Source: Amphiscolops sp. MND2022
Taxonomy: Eukaryota
DNA: 64,000 nucleotides
Assembly: GCA_964187785.1 (NCBI GenBank)
Contig: OZ076409.1
Coordinates: 37,636,001-37,700,000 of the forward strand
Direction: 5' to 3'
How positions within the stretch are numbered: the stretch's first letter is position 1; each line of letters begins with the position of its first letter. The position numbers and the translations under genes are program-made. The notes below the pieces were generated by a model. The model worked only from the letters and a program-made list of their open reading frames with translations, had not been told where the DNA came from and ran no database searches. Below are positions 33,148-45,600 of the stretch, piece by piece.

Positions 33148-34150
33148 AACAAACCTAACTTTGTCGTCATTCGATTTCCAACTTCAATAGTCTTATGCTA
33201 GATGAACTTTTGCGAAATCTCATGGTTTCAATCTCTGTTGTTGCTAAACTTCGATTATGGAAATGCCAATTGGTCATGGGTAAAAATCTCCAAGTGGAGA
33301 TGAAGCCCCCGGGCTTCATCCTCCTTGTTATTCCGTTTTGGGACCGGCAACCCAACCATGAAACTGCGTCTTTGCCTTACCTTAGTTAGATGCAATATTC
33401 AATTTGCAATTTGTGTTTGCAGTTAGTGCTTTTTCATGCTACCTTATGCTACATGTGGATGCGCTGTGCGCACTCCGTGCTCTAAATTTTCGGTGCTATT
33501 ACACCCTTTTAGTTACTAGTTATTGTTTACACTGTTGCCATTGTCGAAAAAGACAAAAAGAAAAGATGAAGGAAAAGGAAACAAGAAGGGAGAGATGAGA
33601 AATGAATAGAATAAAAAGATTGATGAACCTCGACCATTGTTTTTCTTGAGCTACCTGATAGGATCGAGAGTAAGTCTCGCAAAAGAAATTTTAAATTGAC
33701 CGTACTAATTGATTGATTTTATGGCAACTGCTTACCAAAAGAACTTTTATCAAACGCCAAGCAGTGCGAAGCTCCCGAGCTTCGGAAAATATGTTTCAAA
33801 CAGTCATGTGATGGTCGTTGACCTTAAAACAAGTTTTAACACTAACGGCAAATAAAAAAATTTTTTTTTGAATGGCCGAAAAGAAATTTTAACGCCTGAA
33901 TTGCTCACGACAGGCTACAAAAAGTAATGACCTTGCCGTATAAGATTTGTATACAAAATTGTATTGATTTGATCAAAATGCAGCAACGCTGGGTCAAAAA
34001 CAATTCCACGAGGCCAACTTGACGATGTCCCAATGAACTGTCCAGCGCTACTTGATGTGCACTCTACCTCCTCAGTGGGACACAGATGACTCTGGGTACA
34101 GACTCGATGACGCCAACCCACGCTTGACGGGGACGTCAAGACTAGACCCC

Positions 34151-34160
34151 GGGGAGTGTA
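34151..34160 (+). promoter_or_regulatory. Polypurine tract (short)
   Basis: GGGGAGTGTA immediately 5' of the 3' LTR. Confidence 0.65.
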
Positions 34161-34895
34161 TGTAGCGATTACCTATCGAGTGCACGATTTCGAAAATTTC
34201 GATGAAAATTTCGTTCAAGGGACTACATCTCCTCTACTAAAGAGTCATATTCCGCTAGATGGCAGCGTGTCTTTATTCAAGTACCTGCCCACAGAATTGA
34301 AGAGAATTTGAACAAAAGACTCGAGAGAGACCCCAACCGAACGAGAAGACTGCAGAAATACACGGCCGCTGTCAGAAAAAGACTCAAATTTCTGTCAAAA
34401 CGGACTGAACTTTGTTCTAACAAGTGCTTTCTTCAGCGAAGCGTTACAAGACGCTGTGATTACCAAAAATGAGTCAACTAGCTTGACCAAGCATCCGTGC
34501 TTGTGTCCCCGGCTAATTGCTGCCTCAAAAGTGCTAATTATGTAGTAATTTTCGTATTTTCTTGTTGTAACAGCTCGTGAGCTACTCATTTCGATCTCCT
34601 GTGTAACTTCGAAAAAACTTGATTTTTCCTTTCCACCACTTGCATTTTTTTAAAGGCTATCTAAGTGTTGGTTTCGAAGAAAAAGCGTAATGCGCACTAC
34701 TGATAGCAATTACAGACTGGATCAGGCCGGCGAGCACTTCACAAGAAGCGGAATCCTCCTCTGACGGGACAGTTTTTACCCGAAAGAGGCAAAATGAGCT
34801 CATGGTCATGGGCGCCTGTCCCGGGCAAATACCCATATCATGTGTTCCTCTAACTCTTATGGTTACGGCGACAATGGTGAGAGCTTGTCGTCACA
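34161..34895 (+). repeat. 3' LTR
   Basis: Direct repeat of 15662-16396, followed by GTT. Confidence 0.97.
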
Positions 34896-35289
34896 GTTGG
34901 TCTCCTGTATGACAACTCTGAGTTTCGATATAATTCAACTAATTATCAGCATATGCTTTTTTCCTAACTAATAACAGAGAAACCGAACTCAGTCGAATAG
35001 TTGAAGACAAAGCGGCAACTCAATTGCCAGGATCGTGAAAGGTCTTCAAATTTCTCAAGGCTTTCGCAAAGAATACAATTTCTTCCAGAACCTTGAAACA
35101 AGTTTGAAAAATCTTTGATTGTAATGAGCAACAAAGAGCATTTTTTGAAAAATCATATCAGGAAAACTTTTTATTGAGGATCGTTCTAGCATTGTATTTC
35201 ATTTCAAGACGCTCAAGACTGTACTTCGTTAAATTGTTTTTGAGGAAGTGCATGAAATGACGCTGCAAGATTATTGAACAGAGAATCTA

Positions 35290-35711
35290 GGAAAACTTGC
35301 CGACTGCTAAAAATACAACTGCTAAAAAACTGCTAAAATACAAGGCAAAAAAACTCGTCATAAAGCAACTCGCCAAAAATTCTCCGGCGGAAAATTCGTC
35401 GCAAGTTCTAAATTATCATGATTTACTTGTTCTGAATCATTACACAGGAAACTATAAAAGTGAGACATTTCAAGCAATTCTATAACTAAAAAAGCTAAAT
35501 TATGCTAAAACTGAAAATTTCACGCATCAATTCACTAAAATTAATCCATAATTAGTGGTGAATAATCCCGGCTGGTAATCTGTAATTATTCGACGAGTTT
35601 GCGCTCAATTATTATTCGAGGAGTTAATTTTCGACCAGTTTTCCGCCTTTTAATTTTGATGAGTTGTTTCCGACGAGTTGCATTCGGCGAGGTGTTTTCG
35701 ACGAGTTTTCC
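35290..35711. mobile_element. Small decayed MITE with CGACGAGTT-type subterminal repeats
   Basis: GGAAAACTTGCCGA vs TCGACGAGTTTTCC (12/14 inverted match); repeated cgacgagtt/aactcgtc motifs in opposite orientation on the two arms. Confidence 0.55.
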
Positions 35712-35959
35712 GCATACCAACAATAACCAGTCGAGAAGTAAAATGACCACCCATTACCGCTGCAAAATCTGTCATTGCAATAAGCAATTGATTTGATAAT
35801 TGAATAAATCTAGTTATTCGGCTGGAGTTACATGGGAAAGCTGAGTCTGATTTGCGCAGAAACTTTCTCCTAAAATGGACATGATTTTAACACGAGTTAA
35901 CAACCAAGGAAAACGATTTAGCGACCACTTCGTTTACCTACACAACCAAACAAAATTTA

Positions 35960-36645
35960 AGTTGGAGAAAAGTCGCACAGTGCCGAAAAAATAAAAGGTC
36001 GTTTTCATATTTTTTTGCAAAAAATCACATCAGTTCCACAAGAACGAAAAAACTAATCAATGAGGTCATTCTTGGGACTCGGAAAAGAAAGCATCAAAAA
36101 TTGTGTAAAAATTTCTAAATATCTCGAAAAACAGTTCTACTTTGCGACTTTTTAAACATCGGTAAGTTCCATTGTGCCGAAAAAACCTAAGGTGGCCCTC
36201 TAAGCTTCCAAATAGTTTTTTCCCGAAAAAAATTAAAGAGGGCTAGAAATCTAATCTTTTCGATTGAAACTTTCGCCTCCTCTCAGTAAAACGCAATTCA
36301 TTTCGGTTATAACGTCAAATTCGGATACAGCGCAATACTTTCGAACCCCACCTCCTCTTTAGTGAAATACAATTTACTTCGTTAAAAAGGTTAATGCCAT
36401 CAAAAATTTTTCCTCAAGGAACGATACATCCAATGTACGTTATATCCGTGTGCGGTAAATCCAGTATGAGCTGCGTTATTGTCGGAGGGGACTCCTGAGC
36501 ATTTTCACAGTTCGAATGTAGTATGTACATAGCCGTTAAAAAAATATGCCAAAAGTGAAGAACTTTTGTAGAACTTTTTTGGCTTGTCCAGATGTATCAA
36601 AAAAACTGACGAAAAGCCATGACTGTAGTCGCTTTTTTCTAAATC
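35960..36645 (-). mobile_element. Decayed relative of the Helentron-type non-autonomous elements (boundaries approximate)
   Basis: Shares cagtgccgaaaaa core repeats and the gtagaactttt...tagtcgc block with 37735-38136 and 52057-52729. Confidence 0.45.
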
Positions 36646-37734
36646 AGTTGAATCTTGAACAAATATATTTTTGAAGCGAGTTTGGAGTTGCTTTGTAGCT
36701 CATCCGAACATTTTGGTCACCCGAAAAAAACCATCTGGAATATGGTGGCACACTGGTGGAAACATTTAATGTTGAATACAAAAAATTGTCAAAATCGTGA
36801 CGCGAAACTGTCATCATTTTGTTGACACTCCAGCAATTACCTCTGCGCTAGCAACTCTCATTTTTGTTTTTTTTGCCTTAGCTATATTTGTTCTGCAGCA
36901 TTGCCTAAATCGCGGCTTGCGGACATGCGGTGCCAAAAAAAGTCTTTAATGACGCAGATGTAACTTCAATAACGTCTAGATTCCCTAATGAAACAATGAC
37001 AATCAAAAAAGTACGTTTTCAATCATTTCTGAGACATCCTTTTTCATTTATGTTTGAAATAAATTTCACCGACGGCCACCGGTGGAAATGGTGACTGAAT
37101 ATCCAAAATTTTCTCCACCGGTGGTTACTGGTGCTCCACTAGTAGTCACCGGTCGTTTGCCGTGGAGTGCCAGTACGGGATCTCTAAAGTTGAAAAAGTT
37201 TTTTCTGCAATTTTCAGCATTTTCTAAAGTTTATCATGCATTTTCTCCGAAACCGCTGTCTGTAACAAAAATTGTCTGCAACAAACTGCTCTTTTTGACT
37301 TTACCACTTTTCCTGAAAACGTCCTTCATATGAGTTTACACCACAAAGTTGTCAAAAAATGCAATTTTTCCAGTTTTACTACGTCACAAAAAGATTCGGA
37401 CGAAATTACAACCGTTTTGGTCTCTTCAAGAACGGTGCAAAGGCTAAAACAATCATTGTAAAAAAGTTTTATTCTGACCAGCAATTTTTGAGATATTGCG
37501 CAAAATTCGGAAAATGCCAAAAGTCTTCAGAATGCAACTTGACAAAGTTTTTGAAATTTTTGATTCGATGTCAAAATAAAAATATTGTAATTCTGATCAA
37601 TCTGGTACTTTGATCTTTAGAATTTTTGTGAAATGAATGTATAAAACTATATTGCGCTGTGAAACTTTCCGTTAGCCAATTCAAAGGTTTTTTTGGTACC
37701 CTGTGGTACTTTGTGATAGCTATCGGTAGGTTCA

Positions 37735-38136
37735 AAATAAGCCGGGAACGGCATAATTTGGCGCAATATCTAAGGCTCAAAAATTGCTAAAGGACTTCAA
37801 GTGTCAAGTATTCTTTTACCGTACCTGAAAAACCCAAAAGATGGAGCGAATTGGCGCTAAACGGGGGACCCTTTCGGATTTTTCAACATCCATTGTTGCA
37901 AAACATCAAAAATTGAAAAGGGGACATTTTGGGGATTTTTTTCCCGAAACAATTTCACAATGCCGGAAAATCCAAAAGGAGGGCCCTTGTTGGTTCAGTT
38001 CGCTAGGCCAAATATTTCAATTCGACACCATAAAATTACGCAGAATTTTGTACAACTATTTTGGTCAGTTCGTGTAGATTGAAAAATAAAAGAGTCACTA
38101 TAATAGCCGCGTTTCACTTCATGAAGCGCCGACTAA
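37735..38136 (-). mobile_element. Helentron-associated non-autonomous element (HINE/DINE-1-like)
   Basis: Colinear with 52057-52729; ends cttcatgaagcgccgacta; hairpin gccgggaacggc at the other end; A/T-run flanks. Confidence 0.7.
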
Positions 38137-38453
38137 TAACACAAAGACTTCTTTTTGAACCCGAATACTATTACTTGTGTCAATGATGATTCACAACATT
38201 AACATTGACTCAACATGAACTCAAAACTATTTTCAACTTTACTTCCTGACTTTTCACGTTTGTTTTCATACTTTTGTACAAACTGTTGTTCAGACTGGTG
38301 ATTCAATGAATGAAATATTAGACGTTTCTTATAACTTGATATTCCTGGATTTTACCACTGGACTGCATGCGCTTGCATTTTAGATGTTTCGTCTATTTTG
38401 GTTTCAGAAAATTATTGTCCAGATGACGGATTGAATTTACGCGGTGCTAATAA

Positions 38454-39490
38454 CCCGGGTTGACCCTCTTACTAGCATCTTGGCTGTCTTGGCAAGATCT
38501 TGCCAAATTCTTACTACATCTTGGCAGCCATGGATCCCATGGCAAGATTCTTATTAAGATCTTACTAAGATGATACTTATTCCAAGATCGTATCTTATCA
38601 CGATGGACAAAATTTTAAGATTATAAAAAACACTATACCTTCGGTACAAGCAGCCGAGACTCAATCTGAAGGCTCATTTCACCCAACAACGACTATTTCT
38701 ACTTGTTTTCATAATCAAAATGCTTAAACCTGCTGAAAAAATTTTGCATGCAAAAATGCGTGAAAAATTACGATAACGTATTCTGGCTTCCGAAATTTTG
38801 ACGAGAATCCTAATAACTCCTCACCTATGTAAGTCTGAAAAATGCCGAATGTACCAAATGAAAGGTCATTTCAAGGGCTTTCCAAAACTTGTAATTTATC
38901 ACTCCTGTCGATTCCAGAAACGAAGAAATATGCTCTCAAACGTCCAGACCCACTACCGGAAAGTTACAAAGGAAAGACCTTAAAATCAGGAAATTTTTGT
39001 AAAAATCATATTTCCAGCTTTCTTTGAGCCTGTTTCAGCAGCCTTATTACTGCTGGAAACGGCGGTCATTGCACTAATTTGGGTAATGATTCAGCTCAAG
39101 GCTTTTCTGACGCCGTTGTCGGCGACAGTTTTGCAATTGAAAGAACAATTTAACCAGCCTTCCTAAATAATTATCTCTTCAACCAAAATTTTCATATTGC
39201 TAACAGAAGTTTTAATGTCTAACAATATAAATCTGCAGACATGTTGATGTTTGTTGACTTCCTTTCAGATTTTTTTCTTTCCAAATAGGATTTCGTAGTA
39301 AGATTTTTCTTGCCATATTGGGCTTCTTAGTAAGATTTTTCTTGGAAACATGGCTCTCTTGATAAGATCTTACCATGACATCTTGCAATTCTTGGCAATA
39401 TCTTGTCACGATCTTAGCTAAGATTTTTCCAAGATCTTGGCAAGATCTTGCCAAGATCTTACTAAGATATCCATGGAGGGTCGACCCGGG
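38454..39490. mobile_element. Non-autonomous TIR element with CAAGATCTTG subterminal arrays
   Basis: TIRs CCCGGGTTGACCCTC / GAGGGTCGACCCGGG; multiple caagatcttg repeats in both arms. Confidence 0.8.
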
Positions 39491-41042
39491 AAAACTTCTC
39501 TACAGCATTCTATTTAAGTACTCATAAACAGACTTATGCGATCTTAACGACTCAAATTTTGCGAATTCCAACTGAATTTCACAGGTTTTAAATACTGACA
39601 TAAACTTTATTATCAACGTATTTCCATCGATATTACACTGGTTGACGATCGACGATCATCGGTGAAACAGCTCTCAAAAGAGACATTTTTGCCCACTTGT
39701 GCCAAGCCATGATGAATTACCTTGGAGTGTCAGTACGATGAAGCTTTTCAGATACAGAAGCAGACTTACATTTAGTTTTATTCAAACCATTTGTATAATT
39801 GACCAATGAGTTGTCTTTCTTGTTCCGAATATTACTTTTGCGAAAAGATTTTATCTTATGGTAACACCCAGACAACATCTCTTGTAATAACTCTTCTGCT
39901 AAAGAATAGTTTCATCATGCCAACAAATTGTTTCAACCTCAAATGAAAAAGATAACCATCTAAGCATTTGACGGAAAAGGAGCATCTCAATGGTTTACAC
40001 GTGTTATGATGAGCTGAAAAAATGATTTGTGAAAAACGTTTTTTAATTCCAAAATTCTTGAAATCGGCGCCAGTTATGTCCCTGACTGCTTTTCTAAATT
40101 AGTTAGCAGCGGAAGCAGGTGTTTCAGGTGTATTTAGTTCAAGATAATAGCCTACTGTTGCAGTAAACATGGAAATGTCACTTCTTTTTCCAATCCATGA
40201 AGCAACTGGACTTTCTCTGGAAATACTTAATGGCCGAAAACTTTGTTCCGGAATAGAAAATTAGATAAACCTTTTCAACATTCAGCCTTGAAATTATCTT
40301 TTTCGTCTGCGCGTCCAGGTAGTCTGGAGCTTTTTTCAGCTTCACTTGAAATTATGAAGAAATCTTTTTTTGGTTGAAAATTTCCTCTTTCTATAATTGC
40401 ATACCAGGTTTCATTACACTAATTGGCAGATTTGCTTTTGTTGCATCCATTTGCCAAATATTAAGCATGGGAGGTTTGACTGCAAGATACTTCTATGCAA
40501 GATACATGTACGCATTGATCTCAACAGCAAAAATGAACGCCCAAAAGTTCTAAAAAAGCTACTTCTAAATGTCAATCTATTGCATCCCGAGCCTGAATTA
40601 AGAAAAGAACTGAATTCGGCAAATTTTTGCATAATTTTACTGTAGAGCAATGGGCGGAAAATTGGGATATCCTCAAAGGAATCTAAAATGATGACAGGAG
40701 TTACAGCTGGATTTTCAATCGAGACCTGTAAATGGCCTGTAAATGCTGCTACAATTTTGTAATGGCATCAAAACTATCGTAAATTTGGAAGCTTGAAAGA
40801 TCTTTAATTTGGTTCTGATTTGTCACTAACAAAGCATTCTTCAAGGATTCTTAGAAAAACGGGATCTTTTTGTTGTCAGAGGCGTCTATAAACTCAGGCC
40901 TGTCTGAGTTGAAAAAAGGTTGATTGTAGGTTGATTTGATTTTGTTTATTTTTTCATCTTTATTCATCAAAGCTCTAATAAAAATTCCCAGACATGAAAA
41001 AATGGGGAAAACTTGGTGGAATAAAAGTTACATTTGGCCAAC

Positions 41043-41402
41043 CTGCAGAAAGTTTCGCCGAAGATCCAGCTCTTGGTTACCATCTGGATGGCCTGCATGG
41101 GCACGAGGCAGATGTAGATCATGTCTGAGATAGAGAGACTCAACACGAACGAGGAGTGCAGATCTCGCACTATCTTGCCATGGCAAAAGATGTGGAACAT
41201 GATGATGGCATTCCCGAACAGCCCCACTATGAACAGCGTGCAGTAGAAAAACAGTTGGAACAACTTGGGTTTGGGCAGTTCCTCGAATTGGGCGCAAAGG
41301 AAGCTCCAGTCTTCCTCCGTGATGCTGCTGTTCAGAACATTCTCCGTGTGGTTCACTGAAACAGAAGCCAAAACTCTTTCTTGGTCAGCAAATTTGAAAC
41401 AT
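41043..41402 (-). CDS. Class A GPCR, exon encoding N-terminus-TM1-TM2-ECL1 (start uncertain)
   Basis: FIVGLFGNAII (GN in TM1), FVLSLSISDMIY (LxxxD in TM2), WIFGETFC (ECL1 WxFGxxxC), N-glycosylation sequons NHT/NSS; donor AG|GTTGGC at 41042. Confidence 0.88.
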
Positions 41403-42611
41403 AAAGGACTATTTATACCTTGACCCCATTATTTTCAAGTTTTCAATTATAATTGTGAATGATTGTTTCCACAGTGATTACTTACTATATATATTGAGAA
41501 TTTGAAGGTTGAAAATTTCAAAACCGACGCATCTTCACAACACCGTGAAATCCGAAACAATATCCTAAAAGGATTGATCTTAGCAGCATGACATCAAGCA
41601 TGTACTCTTAAATCTCAGTGACAGTTTATGTTTCGTTGACGTCACCATGCTTCTTGTTCACCAATTAATCACCCAGTGTGAGGGGGTGGAGCTAGCATTG
41701 AAACAAGGTCGAATTTTTGTCTTTTTATAATGAATTACGAAGAAGCATTTTTTGATATAACGTACATTCCGATGAGAATTGCGCCATATCCCATTCGTCG
41801 ATTGACATTTATTCAGAGCTTCTAAAGATCTTGTATTCCAAGTGACTCAGACTTTACCGGACAAAATGTGGGTTTCGACTATGAACAGTGCAGAACATTT
41901 ATATTTTTCATTTTGAACGATATATTACGGTTTTGCAAATTGACATATAATAGTTCAAAACAAAAGAAATTAGTTTTCTTCGAACTGCCGTTTCGGAATT
42001 GTAAATGCATATTTGCATGAACTGGTTTTCAGGTCTTTAGCGACACTTCCGTTTGAAAACTTCCAATACTTCTTTTGCCAAAAATTCAAAGGGTGGGCAT
42101 AGCGTATAAATGCCAAAGAGGTAGCAGCAAAAAAACAACGTTTCAAAGTGAAGTATGTACGAGAGGCAGCTAACGGCATTCTAACGGCTTCAGACAATTG
42201 AACATCAACCGGACCTAATTATCACTACAATACACATCCCAGTAAAATAGATTGAAGTCACGCAACATAATCTGTTTATTACGAAAAACGGTCAGTCATC
42301 GATTTCAATCAAGATCCTCTACTCCAGGAAGGTGTAGCTGTTTCAGCGATTGTATTGCAAAATAGTGCAAACTAGTCAAGATGCATAGTTAGTGGAAAAT
42401 GAAAGTTGGTCCAAAAGTCACTTTCCCGTAAATCAGCCAAACTTTGATGAACTTCCACTTTTTACAAAAATAGATATCCACAATTTGCAATAAGTCAAAT
42501 GAAGTCAAAGTTTGACTAACTTACACCGAGTTTATATCCATTCAATATTCAACGTTCTTTCTAATTCCAATTCATACCGACATATCGTAAAACAGTCAAG
42601 TTAAACAATGA

Positions 42612-45600
42612 CATTAAAAAATCAATAAATATATTCAGGCAGGTTCATACGTAGAACGTATAACCTGCAATGCGCATGTTTATTTGATCCATGCAATATA
42701 CGTACAGATAGTTGAATAATATACTTTGCAGCTACTAATTAGTATCATTATCACAACTGATTGATCGTTCGGCCAGTTATTGACCTGGTCATTTTTGGTA
42801 CCTGTCGAGAGCCAGTATGCCTAAACTGATCAATATCATCTCATTTATCCTATTTTGAAATTAAAGATGATGGTACTGCTGGTATTGCTCATAGTTTTAT
42901 TTCAAAGCAGCACTCATGAAAACTAGTTGCTAAACTGTCTTTAATTCCGATCCCAGTCGTGAGAAAAATTGTAAATGGACAACAACGATCAATGCAACGC
43001 AATGTTCGTTCAACAAATGAAAAAAGTTCATTTCGTAGATTTTTCGTTGCAGCATTTCATAACTAGTTGTACGTTCGTTCAAATGTACGAAGAAACAAAG
43101 GAGTGCTTCAATCATTTGTTTTTACTGATCATCATTTACAAACTAGTGGTGCACCTGACGTATTGACGAATCGCATATCACGTCGAAAAGACATGTTCCT
43201 CCTTTTCTTTAATAATAGAAAATTATATTTCAAACTGAGTCGTGCTTGACTCATTTCCGTTTGCTACTACAACTTCCCATTACATATTGCACCTTTGGTA
43301 AGAAGTCTTAGATTTTATGAAATGGTTATTGAACATTGAGGGATAATACTGGAGAGGAATCTTGTCCTTTTATGTTTGATATAAATGCAGCACTTATAGA
43401 GTCTAGTCTAAAGACTGGTCTCGTAAAAAAGACTGTCTGGTAAGGTAACGAAGTATGCCTGTTCTTTTCAACTGTAGGTTGACGTGACTCCTGAAAGAGG
43501 TAAAGCGCTAGGCAAATTGCAGTCCAGGTACTAAATACACAGTTCCATAAGCGTTTCTGGAGACCACATGGCACTCTCAAGTTTATTAGCACAAAGCCAC
43601 TGTCGACATTTTTCGGAAATCAACAGAAGTTTCACTTTTTTATTCAACAATCTTTTTCTCTACTCACTCTCTACAATTATGAAGACGCTCAGTAGACCCA
43701 ATATTGAAAGTATTTCTACCAATAGCCAAAAAAGCTGAAAGGGTCACAAACACTTTGACAAAATTCGCTACAAAAGTTTAAAATCGGCAGCCAAGTGAAA
43801 AACTTGTTATTTCGAACTTCAAAATGGAAGTGCTTTGTTTATAGATAAGCTGACAAGACGCGGTTGCATAAAATTTTCATGAACCGCTTCAAATGTCACA
43901 TGCAATTGACAAAAATAATAATGTACTGCTAGTTTAGCTATTGGAGCATGCCTTTTGTCACATTTTTGCATGATATGATATTTATATATTTTCGGGCCAT
44001 ATTTTCGCGGAGGTGTTTTGAACAATTGCCATAATCCGAGTCCTCGTGAAATCTAATCAACACTAATTAGTTCGAATTGATGTGACGAATATACCTTGGG
44101 AAGATGTCATGATTCCATGTGAAAACATGATCAAATTTCGCATCATAACTTTTTGTCAATTTGAAAAAAAAATTGAACAAAAAATTATCGGAAGACAAGG
44201 TTTTCTTTTTTGTCTTTTTACCGACAGAGTCAATTGACTTACTCGAATACAAAATCTGACTTAAAACGTGGACTTTCTTTTCACAACCTTTCAAAAACAT
44301 TGTTACATGAATAAATGGTAGTCTTTCAGTATTTTGAATTACTTATTCATCGTAAAAATTACCTATAAATTTTGTAAAAGGAGTGGTTTAAAAAAACCTT
44401 GTTTCTGTATGAAAACCAATTTAGAAGTGACGATATAATTATTGTTCCCTACAGAGGTTATGAAATATACATCATTGGATTGCTGGTGCTAACTAGGACT
44501 CGGAAGAAAGTTCTATGAATAAACATCATGGAATGTAATCTTTTTCAAGACTGCTGGAATTCTTTACATGCTGCAGGCCTGCATTCAGGGCAAGTTTCTA
44601 AAAAACCTAAAAAATGCCTCAAGCATTTGGTGGTAAATCGTGTAAGATGCGGTTTCCAGTATTAAAATTCGAATTGAAGACATTTCCCACTTCGTTACCG
44701 ACACGATCACGTTGTTTTCACACTTTATTGTTTAAGCTAATTATCTGATGTAGTCATTAAAAAATCAATAAATATATTCAGGCAAGTTCATACGTAGAAC
44801 GTATAACCTGCAATGCGCATGTGTATTTGATCAATGCAATATACGTACAAATAGTTGAATAATATACTTTGCAGCTACTAATTAGTATCATTATCACAAC
44901 TGATTGATCGTTCGGCCAGTTATTGACCTGGTCATTTTTGGTACCTGTCGAGAGCCAGTATGCCTAAACTGATCAATATCATCTCATTTATCCTATTTTG
45001 AAATTAAAGATGATGGTACTGCTGGTATTGCTCATAGTTTTATTTCAAAGCAGCACTCATGAAAACTAGTTGCTAAACTGTCTTTAATTCCGATCCCAGT
45101 CGTGAGAAAAATTGTAAATGGACAACAACGATCAATGCAACGCAATGTTCGTTCAACAAATGAAAAAAGTTCATTTCGTAGATTTTTCGTTGCAGCATTT
45201 CATAACTAGTTGTACGTTCGTTCAAATGTACGAAGAAACAAAGGAGTGCTTCAATCATTTGTTTTTACTGATCATCATTTACAAACTAGTGGTGCACCTG
45301 ACGTATTGACGAATCGCATATCACGTCGAAAAGACATGTTCCTCCTTTTCTTTAATAATAGAAAATTATATTTCAAACTGAGTCGTGCTTGACTCATTTC
45401 CGTTTGCTACTACAACTTCCCATTACATATTGCACCTTTGGTAAGAAGGCTTAGATTTTATGAAATGGTTATTGAACATTGAGGGATAATACTGGAGAGG
45501 AATCTTGTCCTTTTATGTTTGATATAAATGCAGCACTTATAGAGTCTAGTCTAAAGACTGGTCTCGTAAAAAAGACTGTCTGGTAAGGTAACGAAGTATG

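Larger units (their letters stand above)
15662..34895 (+). mobile_element. Intact giant Ty3/Gypsy (Metaviridae-like) LTR retrotransposon, 19.2 kb, two long ORFs
   Basis: Two 735-bp near-identical direct LTRs (TG...CA), PBS, PPT, pol order PR-RT-RH-IN, uninterrupted ORFs, flanks GTT/GTT. Confidence 0.98.
15075..35024. mobile_element. ~0.7-kb MITE split by the Gypsy insertion (arms 15075-15661 and 34896-35024)
   Basis: Perfect ~67-bp TIR: ATTGAGTTGCCGCTTTGTCTTCAACTATTCGACTGAGTTCGGTTTCTCTGTTATTAGTTAGGAAAAA at 15075-15141 and its reverse complement at 34958-35024. Confidence 0.85.

Noticed and set aside
19132..33355. Many short antisense or overlapping ORFs inside the two long ORFs
   Set aside because: Expected shadows of GC-richer coding sequence; no motifs.
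33650..33690. Hammerhead ribozyme in the 3' UTR (ctgatagg...)
   Set aside because: Core CUGAnGA and GAAA with flanking stems are not present.
38470..39470. CRISPR-like short repeats (caagatcttg)
   Set aside because: Eukaryotic context, no constant repeat-spacer period; they are MITE subterminal repeats.
39700..40650. Possible Polinton-like DNA polymerase N-terminal relic (minus strand, FAEFSSF..SGSG)
   Set aside because: Only a vague motif resemblance in heavily broken frames; cannot be supported without a search.
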